Source: Styela clava (Eukaryota). Taken from it: a stretch of 64,000 nt of DNA. Where the stretch lies: NCBI RefSeq assembly GCF_964204865.1, contig NC_135257.1:19840001-19904000 (forward strand), written 5' to 3'. A model generated the notes under the pieces. It saw only the letters and a list, made by a program, of their open reading frames with translations, had not been told where the DNA came from and ran no database searches. This document shows, piece after piece, positions 51,444 to 63,322 of the stretch (positions within the stretch are counted from its first letter, which is position 1; every line of letters starts with the position of its first letter). The position numbers were made by a program, and so were the translations under genes.

Positions 51444-54298
51444 GTTTGCTGTCTATGCTGTTGTATTATCGCTACTTCCATCCTTCAAGCAAGAGAAAAT
51501 GTCACTGTTGCATGCTCTACTACCATCTAGTGTATCGTTTGTGCCCATGTAACAATGCCACTGCATTTCACGGAACTCCATATAAAAGCGCTCATCAAGA
51601 TTTTGCAGATTCTGAGAACGACTCCAGCTTTGAAAATTACGATCCTGTAAGTGCCACTCGCGATCACGAACAAATTCCTAGATTTACAGAAAATCGGAAA
51701 ACAGCGAAAAAAGAGACACTAGATGGCGGCAATGAATGGGATTCTGATAGCGAATATGGCGAAAATCTTCAAGGGAAAAAATATGAAAAAGCAAAAAAAT
51801 TTGAAAAGGGAAGAAAATGGGCACATAAAACACAACGACTAGGTCTTGAAGTTTCAGAGGAATATGAAAATGACAAAAATACTTTACTTATGCCAAAACC
51901 GAGAGCCACGTCTACTCCTGGAGACGAAATTGAAGAAAAATTTGTCAAAAAATATCAAAATTTACACAAGTTAACCCAAAATAAAGGCGTAATTTTTGAA
52001 GACAGGCCAGTATCATTCACATCTTTATCAAGTAGTACAGAGTCTTTTGATAACAGCAAATATTTGACTTGTCCAAACAAATCACCTGATAATGTTGCTT
52101 TCACTGATATGGTGACCACGACCCCTACTGCTTTGAAAAACCTTCCCGGGGCCAACAACACTCCCGGTACAAATAAGGGAAATTCCACTCTTGTGAGAGA
52201 GTGGGTAAAGAAGGCTCAAGATATGTACGGCCCAAAAAGTTCGGATGATAAAAATGGCGATGGTTCTGAAGCGGCAGGCGGTGCGTATAACGATTTTGGA
52301 ACCCTTGGAACACGTCATGCTACTAAAGATGAGCGTGACTTCATGGAAGCACATTTTGGGGATCCCGCTTCAGGTCCTAGCGGAAGAAGAGACATCCTAA
52401 GATTAAAATCATTTAATAAAAAAGACCGACAGCCGCCTAAAAAGCGCGCTAAAAAGAGAAGAAAAAGTGATTATACTGTATCTGATTTAAGAAACACATT
52501 TAGAGAAGCATTCGGTTTTCACGCAGTGGAACAAGATCAAGTGTCTGAAAGCGACGAAGAAATTGCGAAACAAACAAAAATCATCAAAAAACAACCGAAC
52601 AGGAAAATCAAAACGAAGACTTGGGCAGAGACTGAAATTGACCCGGTTACCGTAGAAACCAAACAAAAACAAGCTGCAAATTTAAAACCAGTGAATAATT
52701 CTCACAAAATTGATTTTGTTCCACAAAGAGTGAATGTTATATTAGCTAGAGTGGACAAGCCCCCCACAATGGAAGACCTACTATCATATAAATGTAATTC
52801 CAAAACCAATACTGCTACTTTGAATAAAGATAAACTTGAGATGGAAAATTTCGACGAAAATAAACTTGCAAACGATGGAATGGTTAACTCTGAAATTGGA
52901 TGTCCAGTTCCGATAGATCAGCTCAAAATTGATATGGAGAATCTACATGGAACTCCAATAACAGTTCCGCTGAGCTCAGCAAATTTCGACAGCCAATATG
53001 ATAACCATGGACTTGGTGTTTCAGATTCAAATCGCCAAATTCAAAATAATAGAGACGAGCCTTGCGTCGTGTACCACAATGTTCATCAATATATAGATGA
53101 TGGTAGCCCTTCTTATGGTGGTAAAAATCTTGAATCGACTAATAATTTCACCACTTGTATAGATGAGGTGGTCGGAGTTACAAGATTAACAAGAGACTCC
53201 TTGCACCTCCTTGAAAATGGAGAAGAAAGATCTGAGATGAATGCTCATGTTCCGCCATTAGAGGATGGTAAAATACGAAAAGTAGATGGACAGACTAAAA
53301 TAAAATGGAGAAAGCCTTCTAATGATTTGGATTCTTCAAACGGGTCTCAAGATAATAAAAGAAATGGTAAAGATGGAAAAAATAGTGGTGGCAATACAAT
53401 AGAGAAATCTGTGTATGATAATTTAACAGCTTCTATCTTAGTTGGGCCTGATATGGCTTCGAATTTCGAAGGACTGTCAAATTTGGAAACGAAGGATGAA
53501 AGTGCGAAAACGCAAAATTCTTGTGTCAATTCTGATAGTGATGATGTGTTTGGCCCTGTTATATGTATACAAGGGGGGAAAGTAATGATCAAGCATAGAG
53601 ATATTGATGATAATGACCTTTCTGAGAAACATAAGTTAAATTTGAACCCTGCAATTTGTGATCAGGTTGATCAAAATGAAAAACTCATCTCGAGCTCTGG
53701 ATTTGATGCTGAAAAAATGAAGAATGAAAATAAACCGGATGTGGAGCTCAATTCTGGATGTAATGCTCCAGCGATCAAAAAGACTTCAGACATTTTGAAA
53801 CCGGCTTGTAATGGAACAATGCGTCGAGATAGGGTTGAATATTTATATAAAATTGGGCGCAGCGGGCTCAAAAAAGCGGTTCAAGATTCCCCTGCAAGAA
53901 AAAGACTTTTGTTTAAAAAAGATGACAAATGGTGTGACGAAAGTGACCTAGAATCTAATTTTCACGAAGAAAATGAAGTAATAAAGCAAAATTGCAACAA
54001 AAATGATAAAACATCACCAAGAAATAAAAATTCCACAAAAAATGAGCAAAGAGGTGAAAATTCAACCCATAAAGCTAAAAAATCTGGCAACAAAGAGATG
54101 GAGCATAGCATTGAAGCTTTAGGAAAGAGTATGGAAGGAGTCGTAGACGGAGGCGAGAATTATATCATCCATATTCATGGTGATGGTAAAAAAAAACGGA
54201 GCAGAAAATCTTTAAAGTCTTTAGGGAAAGAAAGAAGCATCAAAGAAAAATCTTTTCCAAAACAAAGAAGAACACTAGGTTCCATTGAGAATCATTAG
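51444..54298 (+). CDS. XKR: XKR terminal coding exon: last TM helix (GLLSMLLYYRYFHP) plus a ~940-aa low-complexity cytoplasmic tail
   Basis: Acceptor tttttacag|GT in phase 1 completes the Gly codon from the previous exon. MLLYYRYFHP is the XKR last-TM signature. The 950-codon ORF ends at TAG 54296-54298 and is K/E/D/N/S-rich. Confidence 0.88.
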
Positions 54299-54745
54299 CT
54301 GAAGTCTTCGAGTTTCCTGGTTCCTGTTCTCAAGGTCAACTTAAAAAGGCCTTTGCAACCTGTGTGTCCGCTCCCACAATAATTCATCTTATAAATTTTT
54401 AAAAACTTCGCTGCGCTTATGACTCGTAAAGTCACTTTATCTTGCAATAGTTAAAGCTGATCCTGATAGTTTGAGTCTTCGAGTTTCCTGGTTTCTGGCA
54501 TCAGCCTAAGAAGGTCTTTTCAGTTTATGTGTCCGCTCCCATAAGTCCCACGATAATTCTTGTTATATATTATCAAAAACTTTGCTACGCTTAAGACCCA
54601 TAGTCATAAAGTGATGTCATTTTCATCCAACAATAGTTAAGAATGATCCTGCCAGTTCAAGAATCATTAGCTGGAATCTTCGAGTTTCCTGGTTCCTGTC
54701 CCATGGTCAGTCTAAGAAGGCTTTTGCAGTCTATGTGTGCACACT
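54288..54745 (+). repeat. ~185-bp tandem repeat (about 2.5 units) overlapping the XKR stop codon and 3' UTR
   Basis: TCTTCGAGTTTCCTGGTT at ~54306, ~54476 and ~54677; GAATCATTAGCTG at 54289 and 54661. Confidence 0.8.
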
Positions 54746-56234
54746 TCGGTACTGATGTCGACGCCTTGTGGGTGCTTCACTTTTCGGGCCTACTATCCTG
54801 GCCTGAATATCCTTCAGCTTTTAATTTTGGCCTCCAGTCAATCAACTTTGGGAACCACTGCTGTATAGAACTCAAAACAGCAATGTGAAATCTTTATGGT
54901 ACACCATGTTCAATCAAGTCAATACTGCCACGGAAACACTAAGTAGAATATTGATAGACGTCAGAAGACTTGATTCAATTCAACGTCACACTGCCAGGAA
55001 AAAGCTAATTTAGATGCAATAACAAACTGATTAGCTTCTTACTCTTTATTGTCGCGCATCCTTTTCTTCGTTTTGCTTTATTCAATCATTTTATTTTTTA
55101 TGTCATAGCTTGTGTTGTGTCGAGTGTAATATTTTCTGCTTTTTCAATCAAATTCAATCAATCCTTTTTAAATTTTGTTTATAGTAACTTTACCTGCCTA
55201 ACAGAGAACACATAAGTACATTCAAGGGTACTCCTGAAGTATGTGTACCAAGATGGCGGATACCATAACATAGTATGTGTACCAGGTTAAATTAAACCAC
55301 AATTTTATTCCAATTCACCTTATTTTAGTTCTATTACGAGTTCGGGGACTAGCCAAGTGACTCCCGTGGTATTTGTACCGGAATTTATGGCCTAACCTGC
55401 TTCCTGTTCCGGGGGTCAGCCTACGGATCAAGGATTACAATTACAAACTGAATAGCTTTCTTATATTTATTGTCGCACATCCTTTTCTTCATTTTACTTT
55501 ATTCAATCATTTTATATTTGTGTCAGAGCTTGTGTCGTTGTTTAGAGCTTTTTCCAATCAAATTCAATCAATCCTTTTTCAAAATTTTGTTTACAATAAC
55601 TTTTTGAATAAATTTACCTGCCTAAAAGCCAGGTGCATTCAGAGAACACATGGTCCAAAACAACCCAAATAATTGAAATAGTAAAATATTGGTTTTTACC
55701 CATTTCTGTATACTATTTCCCAATTGTGAGTTTTATTACAGCAACATAGCAATCCATATATTAATTAACGCATGTGCATTCAATGTTTGATTTTTAGAAA
55801 ATGGGCAAAAATGCTTGTTCACATTAGGAGTAATGCTTTTTTTTATTTCTTCAACTGGCCTTGGCTATTAATTATTGAAACCTATTTTATACCTTATCCC
55901 AGGCCCCAGCGTTTCTCAAACTTTTTTGCCCCGGAATACCTACGCTTTTTATCTCGCCTCGTGGAACACCAAGAAATTTGAATGTAAAATTGATGGGTGG
56001 TCTCCAAAAAGTTTGACCTATGATAAAATTAAAAAATTTGCTGTAAACTTGACAATCAAAAAATTAGGCCGACGGTAAACGAAAACTCCATGCTTTCTAG
56101 ACTTGGCTCGAGGCCTGCCCGTCTGTGGGTCAAATTGAGTTGGGAGACAAATTTACAACCCAGAGTCGACGAAGTACGGCCGAGATCGCTATGGCGACCA
56201 ATTTAGTCGCAACTTTGATCTATGTCCCGCTTGA

Positions 56235-56412
56235 GCGTTTCTATTACATTTGAACCCACGGCAATTGCACCTGCATACTATTGCACCTATGGGAATTTTT
56301 TTTTCGGATATTTGAACCCATACTAACCCTAACCAATGGATTTTACACCCGCATATTGATTGAACCCGCGGATATACGGGTGCAAATGTATGGGCTCAAA
56401 TGCACGGTCTCC
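56235..56412. mobile_element. Small foldback element with TTTGAACCC/TTGCACC repeats and CTAACCCTAACC
   Basis: Near-identical copy at 59391-59584; ACATTTGAACCC and GGGTTCAAATGT are inverted. Confidence 0.65.
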
Positions 56413-57601
56413 AGCTTGAACGCATTTTAGCTCTCAAGACTCCATCCGGATCCGATAGCTCTTACTTTCTAACTTGGCAATTAGAAATTACAGAACCCTT
56501 CTCCTTCCTTTGAAAATTTCGACCGAGTTTTGATTTCGATCCCTGTTCCGGGAACCCTCTGAAGAAGCTAGCGGAGCAGCAGTTCCCGCGTAACAAAGCT
56601 TGAGTAACGCTGTCTGAAACGAATACCTAGTTGAGTGTTGCCATATTCAACCTCAGTACTTTCTGACACTCTATCGGTCACTCGTAACTTTACTCAGAGA
56701 TCCTTCTCCTTAATTTCTGAGTGAGTCGTTGAGCAAATTCATTTTGAAAAATACTTTATTCGTTATATGTCTGAGCTGTCTACATACGAACATCCTATCT
56801 CAATTTGCTAATTATGATTTCTCTTTTCAACCTACTTCATGCGTTTTATATCGAAGCTTCATCGCTGTTAGCCCTTTTATCAGCACAGAAAAAAAATTTC
56901 TTCATATTATACGCTTTATTTCGGTACAATTTTGTACATTAAACTTCAGACTATGTCGAAAGCAACCATCAGTTTAGCGCGAATATGAGAACACTTCCCT
57001 AGTTTATCACTCCAATATTATGTATGTTTGAGATAAAAGACGATAACGAAGCGTAACCATATGTTCTCTTATCCAGTTACCAGATGGACTGGCTATCATT
57101 CCCGTAAATAACAATAACGTTTCTTATTACCTAATATATAATACTTATTTTACCGAGTAATCTTCTTGCACTGCCGTTTATATAACATCCATTTTACGCA
57201 AGTAATTGTAACTGCCATTATTATAACATTCTTGCGCGGCGGTGTGGCTTATACGCTTTATTTCGGCACCGTAGCAATTCATATAATGAATTAGGCAGGG
57301 GAATTCCATGCTTGCTTTTGATTTTTAGAGCAAAAACGCACATTGAGTTTTTTTCATATTACCTAATATTTACCATTTACTTTATAAATGGATTTCCCTG
57401 CACTGCTACTTGCTTGTTACGACTAAACTGCTTTACAATCAAATTTGTACATAAGATTTCAGACTATGTCACTATAATTACGTACTTATGATCAATATTT
57501 TTTGTTGTTTAATTGAACTGCATACGCACTTTTGTGCGTTATTAAATGCTTTCATGTGATTGTCATATAGGCTCAAATTTATGTCAAAGTACTTGATAGC
57601 C

Positions 57602-58118
57602 CAGGGGTGGGCAAAGTTTCTGGGCCAGAGGCCAGAAATGTTGCCCACCTAGACTGGCGGGCCAGTCGACGTAAAAAGTTACATTTCATAAACAGAATGT
57701 CAAGGATGCGTAAGCTATAAACAGAAAAGAACGTTACATGAGCGTGATGACTCATAGGGACGTTAACTAAACTTTGTCGGCACTAAATTACAACTCGAGG
57801 AAGCTGCTCGTCACTGCACATGACAGGCGCGCGAGGCGAAAGAAAGAGATGTGAAAATCAAGCCGTCGAATTGAGTGAGAGAGAAAACGTAAAGTTTTGT
57901 TAACGTCCCCATAACATAAAAGTCTGTGGCCACCAAATACAACTTGCACAGACCACGATCAAAAGATAACAAGCTAATTGCACCATACAGGTTTCAATAA
58001 CAACAAATATGTAGTGCATGCAGGTTTGGTTGAAGCGGAAGTTTATTGCAGCATAAGGCGGGCCAGATTGAATCAAATAGCGGGTCGGATTTGGCCCGCG
58101 GGCCGTAGTTTGTCCATG
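57602..58118. mobile_element. hAT-type MITE
   Basis: CAGGGGTGGGCAAA and GGCCCGCGGGCCGTAGTTTGTCCATG; related copies at ~41283-41560 and ~43730-43955. Confidence 0.6.
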
Positions 58119-58879
58119 ACAGGGATAGCCGATGAGTAAACTTTTTAGTTGCGAGAGCAATAAACTGGATGATCAATGCCGAAGCACAAAGTTTCCGATA
58201 TCAGGAGCTGCTTCTACTGAGCGTTTCTAAGAGCGAAGCACCTCTTGAGTTAAAACTCATAAGTCGAATCACGCAAAATGGGTTCGCAAAAGTTCTACAA
58301 AGAACACTCATTTACTTCGGTTACTGCCAACTGAGGGACGAGATTTCGCCCCACACTGCCATTCTTATAACATCTTCGCATGTTACTAAACTGCTTCACA
58401 GTTTTGTGCATTGTACTATGTCGAACGCAAAAACCAGTTCAACACGGATTTGGAAACACTACTCAGTTATTAGTGTGTGCGAGGAGAAATGCGATTACAC
58501 GGCGTAACCATATGGCCTCTCGTCCAGTCACCAGACGGACTGGCTATCATATCCGTAAAAGACAAAAAAAGTTTCTTATCACCTAATATAGCACGCTTAT
58601 TTTACCGTGTAATCATCCTACACTGTCGTTTGTATAACATCCTTGCTTGTTGCGACTGAACCGCTTTAGAATTATATATATTGAATTCCAAATGCATAGT
58701 CTTGCTATCACAAAATTTTTCTTTCAAAATTTCGGAGGAATGTCTGATATATACCTTAACACTTATTTTACGCAAGTGATTGTAACTGCCATTTTTATAA
58801 CATCCCTGCTTTACAAATAACTTGCGGTTACCAGATGGACTGGCTATCATACCCGTAAAAGGCAAACAACGTCACTTGT

Positions 58880-59089
58880 TAGGGTGTCCATAAAGTCCCT
58901 TTTAATTTCTATTTCGTTACGAAGTCAGTTCTCAATATACCCTACCCAGGTTTGTTGTTTTTTAATCAGTAATTGTTCAAGTATTTATACTTCATTCAAT
59001 ACATCTGTGAGGGCCAATTTAATAAATGGTATCGATAAATTTCCTTTGCGATTCAAAAAAAAAAAACTCAAGACTTTATGAACACTCTA
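58880..59089. mobile_element. Tc1/mariner-type MITE
   Basis: TIRs TAGGGTGTCCATAAAGTC and GACTTTATGAACACTCTA; a longer relative lies at ~62848-63322. Confidence 0.65.
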
Positions 59090-59390
59090 TATATATACCA
59101 AGTAATCGTTCTGCAATATCATTTAAATAGCATCCTCGTTTGTTACGACTAAACTACCTTCGAATCAAATTTTGTATACAATGATTACGTTGTCACGTAC
59201 ACTATGATCACGTATTAATAATCAATGTTTTTACTCAATTAAAGTGAACAGCATATTTAAAAGTGTGTTATTAAACGGCAGAGGATAACCGATATGACAA
59301 CTTCGTTGGTGCGCGGGTTGGTAATGCCAAAGTACAAAGTTCCCAGTTTTTCTGAAATTAGAGGCATCTTTCGTATCGGCTGCTCCTACC

Positions 59391-59584
59391 GGTTCCATTA
59401 CATTTGAACCCACGTACATTTGAACCCACGACAATTGCACCTGCATACTATTGCACCCATGGAAATTTCTTTTTACGGATATTTGAACCCATACTAACCT
59501 TAACCCATGGGTTTTAGCACCTTCATATAGATTGAACCCGCGGATATACGGGTACAAATGTATGGGTTCAAATGTACGGTCACC
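59391..59584. mobile_element. Second copy of the foldback/telomere-motif element
   Basis: GGTTCC...GGTCACC termini; imperfect 9-bp flanks GCTCCTACC/GCTTCTACT. Confidence 0.65.
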
Positions 59585-60341
59585 GCTTCTACTACGGAGT
59601 CTTGCTAGGAGCGAAGCACCGTTCGAAATTCACACGTTGAACCAAGCTAAATCGGTAAACTCCAAAAAGCACACTCATCTAATCAGGCACTACCAGGGCT
59701 GGACTGACCATTAAGCAAAATAAGCATATGCTTAGGACACCGCGGAAATCGCCGTAGACGAATTTTCAATACTACCTCAGTGTTTAATGAAATAGTTCCG
59801 AGTTGCCAGGGCGACTCAGACCTCAATATTGGTCAGGTTAAAATGAATTGTTACTTATTTTTCGTTTTCAAGTATCATCTTAAATCTCTATAAATGTTTG
59901 ACGTTTCCAATTTACTTCATCAGCGCATGATATGACACTAGCGTACTTATATATGAGGCAGTGAGGGAAATTAGTAATGCGTGATATCCGAAACAAAACA
60001 TGATGGTATGACATGGCGGTGTCATTTGACAAAAGTTAAAACAAATGCTCACATCTATCACAACATATATATTATAGGGTGTCAATGAGGTCCTGGAAAT
60101 GTTCAAAATTGCAATAGAATTTATCGATAGTCGATACCATTTATTGTTTTGGTCCTCACAGATGTATTAAATGAAGTAAAAATACTTGAACAATTACCGA
60201 TTAAAAACAACAAACCTGGTTAAGATACGCTGATTATTTGGTTTCTGCGAGACTAACTACTTATCCTTCTTCTATGCTTTTGTGCCGGTGGATCCGTATG
60301 CATATATTGCAAGGATGCTGTAGCAAGAGTAGAGAATTATG

Positions 60342-60385
60342 TATGTCTGAAGAAGTCTGACCTTGGTCAGACGAAACGTTACAGA
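60342..60385 (+). ncRNA. Minimal type-I hammerhead ribozyme motif (Penelope-like element type)
   Basis: TGT-CTGAAGA-A-GTCTGACC-TT-GGTCAGAC-GAAAC-GTT-ACA: the CUGANGA and GAAA cores, a perfect inverted repeat as stem II, a palindromic AACGTT stem III, and TGT/ACA as stem I. Confidence 0.7.
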
Positions 60386-60759
60386 AATATCTTTGTGTTA
60401 GTGTGCAGCAAGACTCTTGAATCACTTAGGGCTGGTTAAGATATATTGATAACTGACTTCATAACAGAATCGAAATTGTGAAGGGACCATAATATGGACG
60501 CCCTATACTGTCCTGCTTTTAGATTAAATATTGAGGTTTGCTAATTTTCCCCACTATATATATATATGCTTGTGTTTTTCGCACAAAAATCAAAACGACG
60601 TCAAGTTAAACCGTTTTGCTAACATCAGGTGCGCTTTACATATCTTCTACATGAATATACATTGGGGCAATCATGCGCTAATTTAGATTGTGATTATGTA
60701 CTTATACTCAATATACTTTCTTCAATTGAAGTAAACACGCATATTTGAAGCTTGTGTAA

Positions 60760-61030
60760 TTGGTCGGTTGGCGATGTGGCATATCTCGATAGGCGATTGG
60801 AATACGCTCGCCATAGCCTTTCTGATTACCCTGCGCGGTTCGCAGGTTCGAATGAAGTGGGGTGTATTCATGTGCGAGAGGATGGCTGGTCTCTCCTCTC
60901 CGCCGTAGAGTGGTGGGTGATTCACGTAATCGCTAGTCGGTTACGGCAAGTCCATGCATCTGAACCAAATAACTGACTAACCAATCCCATAATTGACATG
61001 GACTGGTCACCGGACGAGAGGTCGTTGTTC
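60760..61030 (+). mobile_element. tRNA-derived SINE, decayed copy
   Basis: CGCAGGTTCGAAT, AAGTCCATGC, CAAATAACTGACTAAC and ATGGACTGGTCACCGGAC match the family. Confidence 0.65.
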
Positions 61031-61249
61031 GCCGCGGGCCATTAGTCTACCACTATTACCAGTTCCCACATCAACTTATGCTCTGAAGATACTAAGGGGA
61101 AAACAAGCAATAATAATTACCCAATCTGTCAGGAGCTAGCGGGTTCCTGTAGCAGTGAATTCTGATTCATCGTCTGATGAAAGCTCAGTGTGCACATGTA
61201 TCATTCTGAAATGGTAGCACAGCGTTAAAGGTTTAAAATTGAATAGTAC

Positions 61250-61780
61250 TTCGCCGTTACGCCAATACGTTTAAAAAACGTCCATCGCTAAATGTTTAAG
61301 TAGCATTTACCGTAACTACAATACTGTAAAAAGACGTCAGTTGCTGAATGTTCAATTAAATATCTTTTCGCCGTAACTTCAATACTGTTAAAAAAGCATC
61401 GGTCGTTGTAAGTTTAAGTAGCATTTACCGTAACTACAATACTGTAAAATGACGTCAGTTGCTGAATGTTCAATTAAATATCTTTTCGCCGTAACTTCAA
61501 TACTGTTAAAAAAGCATCGGTCCTTGTAAGTTTAAGTAGCATTTTGCCGTACTTTTGAAACTGTTAAAAGGTATCAGTCGTTTAATGTTTAATAGCATTT
61601 CACCGTAACTTTAATACTGTTAAAAAGTGTCAGTTGTTAATAGTATAAATAGCATTTAGTGGTAACTTCAATTCTGTTTTAAAGGCATCAGTTGTTAAAT
61701 GACATTTTGCTGTGATTCTAACCAAAGTACATACTGTTAAAAAGCGTTGAACGTTAACCAGAATTTTGTCGTAATTTTGA
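61250..61780 (+). repeat. Minisatellite, ~58-60-bp monomers with a 118-bp dimeric higher-order unit
   Basis: CCGTAACT(A/T)CAATACTGT recurs about 9 times; 61310-61427 and 61428-61545 are near-identical. Confidence 0.85.
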
Positions 61781-62847
61781 TCTGACCAAAATCAGTCAAC
61801 ATACGGCTTCAACTAGTCACAGTAATCCTGTTTAATATGATTTTTGTTTGTTTGTTTTGTTTGTTACCGACACATACGGATCCGAAGAAGTATGTAAACA
61901 AGGAGAAAGGGCTTGCAGTTCAACTGACTATAGTCAAGTATCATTTATTATTTATAAACCAATTTACTATTCCAGGCCCTAATCGTTAATTAAAACAGTT
62001 ATAATATTTGTACAGGCATCCAACGATATTTAAGGCGAGCACACATTGAGTAGTTGAGCAACGCACTGCGTAGTTCAGTTAAATATTATATTGCGCCAAG
62101 TATAATCAGCTTCGTCAGGAGTTGCCAAACGTCGCGTTTATAAATCGGTTGATTGAGTAAAATTTTAATTTCCAGAATCCTCGTCAGTAGCGGTGGCACA
62201 GGAGAAGGAAGGAAAGAGAGACGGCGAGAACAGAAAGAGACTCGGGAGAATAACAGCGAAAGGCGAGGGAGAAGATAACGTCCAAGCCAGAAAACAGGGA
62301 CAAATCAGGCAGCCGCACGAAAAGCGGGACGGCGCTAACGGGAAGAGGCAGTGGAGTCGGCCAAGAGGAAAAAAGAAAGAGACAGCTAAAGATCAGACAA
62401 CTGGGCCAGAGCAGGCAGCCGGGCGAGGCGAAAAAAACCCGTCAAGGACAGCAGCGAGAGGCCAGAGTTTTCGAATGGTTAGTTAACTCGAACGAGGAAT
62501 GAAAACGGAAGAAAAAAGGACAAATTACAACAGTATAGAAGAAAACGAAACGCCCTTAATGGCATCAAACAACAAGCGCCGACAGCCCTATTTTAGTGCT
62601 TTTCTCAAAAAAAAAGTCAGAGGGCCGAGCGAGAAACATTTTCGTTGAAATATCGACGGCCCGGTAAGGGGAATTAGAAAAATACCACAAGACAAGTATA
62701 TATAGAAAATAGAACATATAATATTTAATTTGAACCCCTGCATATACCTAGCATGGCTTAATATATATACAGATATAGGGGGAAAGGAGAGTTTTGGAAG
62801 ATCAAAGAGAAACTATCAAGAAAACTGTAAATAGGAGCCAATGTACC

Positions 62848-63322
62848 AGGGTTTCCATGAAGTCCTTTTACAATTTTAATTTTGTTTTGAAGTCAGTCAA
62901 TATACAGGTATATCTCAACCAGGTTTGTTGTTGTTTTCAATTAATATTTGTTAGAGTATTTTTATTAGTATATTTATTCATTCAATACATCTGTGATGGT
63001 CAAAAGAATATAAGGTATCGGTTAATTGGACACGTTTAGTGGCCATAACGATCGTTTCAAAATTTTGTTGTTATTTATCTCCATTTTCTCTCCGTCTCCA
63101 TTTTAAAAAAATCGCTTTTCTCTTCAAATACTGAACCAATTGCTTTGATATTTTCAGTGGTTAAAGATAAAATTTTTCTCCAGCAGGCTATTACTTTTTT
63201 TTTTGCTATGACGTCATCAAAAATATTGACACTGGGTGGCGTTACGTGTCCATATATTTGAGCATAGCTCTCTTGTTTCCTTTGCAATTCAATTTTTTTT
63301 TTATGACTTCATGGACTACTCA
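62848..63322. mobile_element. Tc1/mariner-type non-autonomous element
   Basis: CAGGGTTTCCATGAAGTC and GACTTCATGGAC; interior shared with 58880-59089. Confidence 0.6.

Noticed and set aside
51446-54298. Stand-alone 950-aa orphan gene
   Set aside because: It begins at a splice acceptor and carries the XKR last-TM motif in the phase required by the 31432-31543 exon.
61250-61780. CRISPR-like array
   Set aside because: Whole monomers repeat with no unique spacers, the context is eukaryotic, and there are no cas genes.
62085-62122. Minus-strand CTGACGA...GCAAT hammerhead candidate; also CTGATGA at ~40746 and ~61174
   Set aside because: The GAAA core is absent or mutated and there is no stem I.
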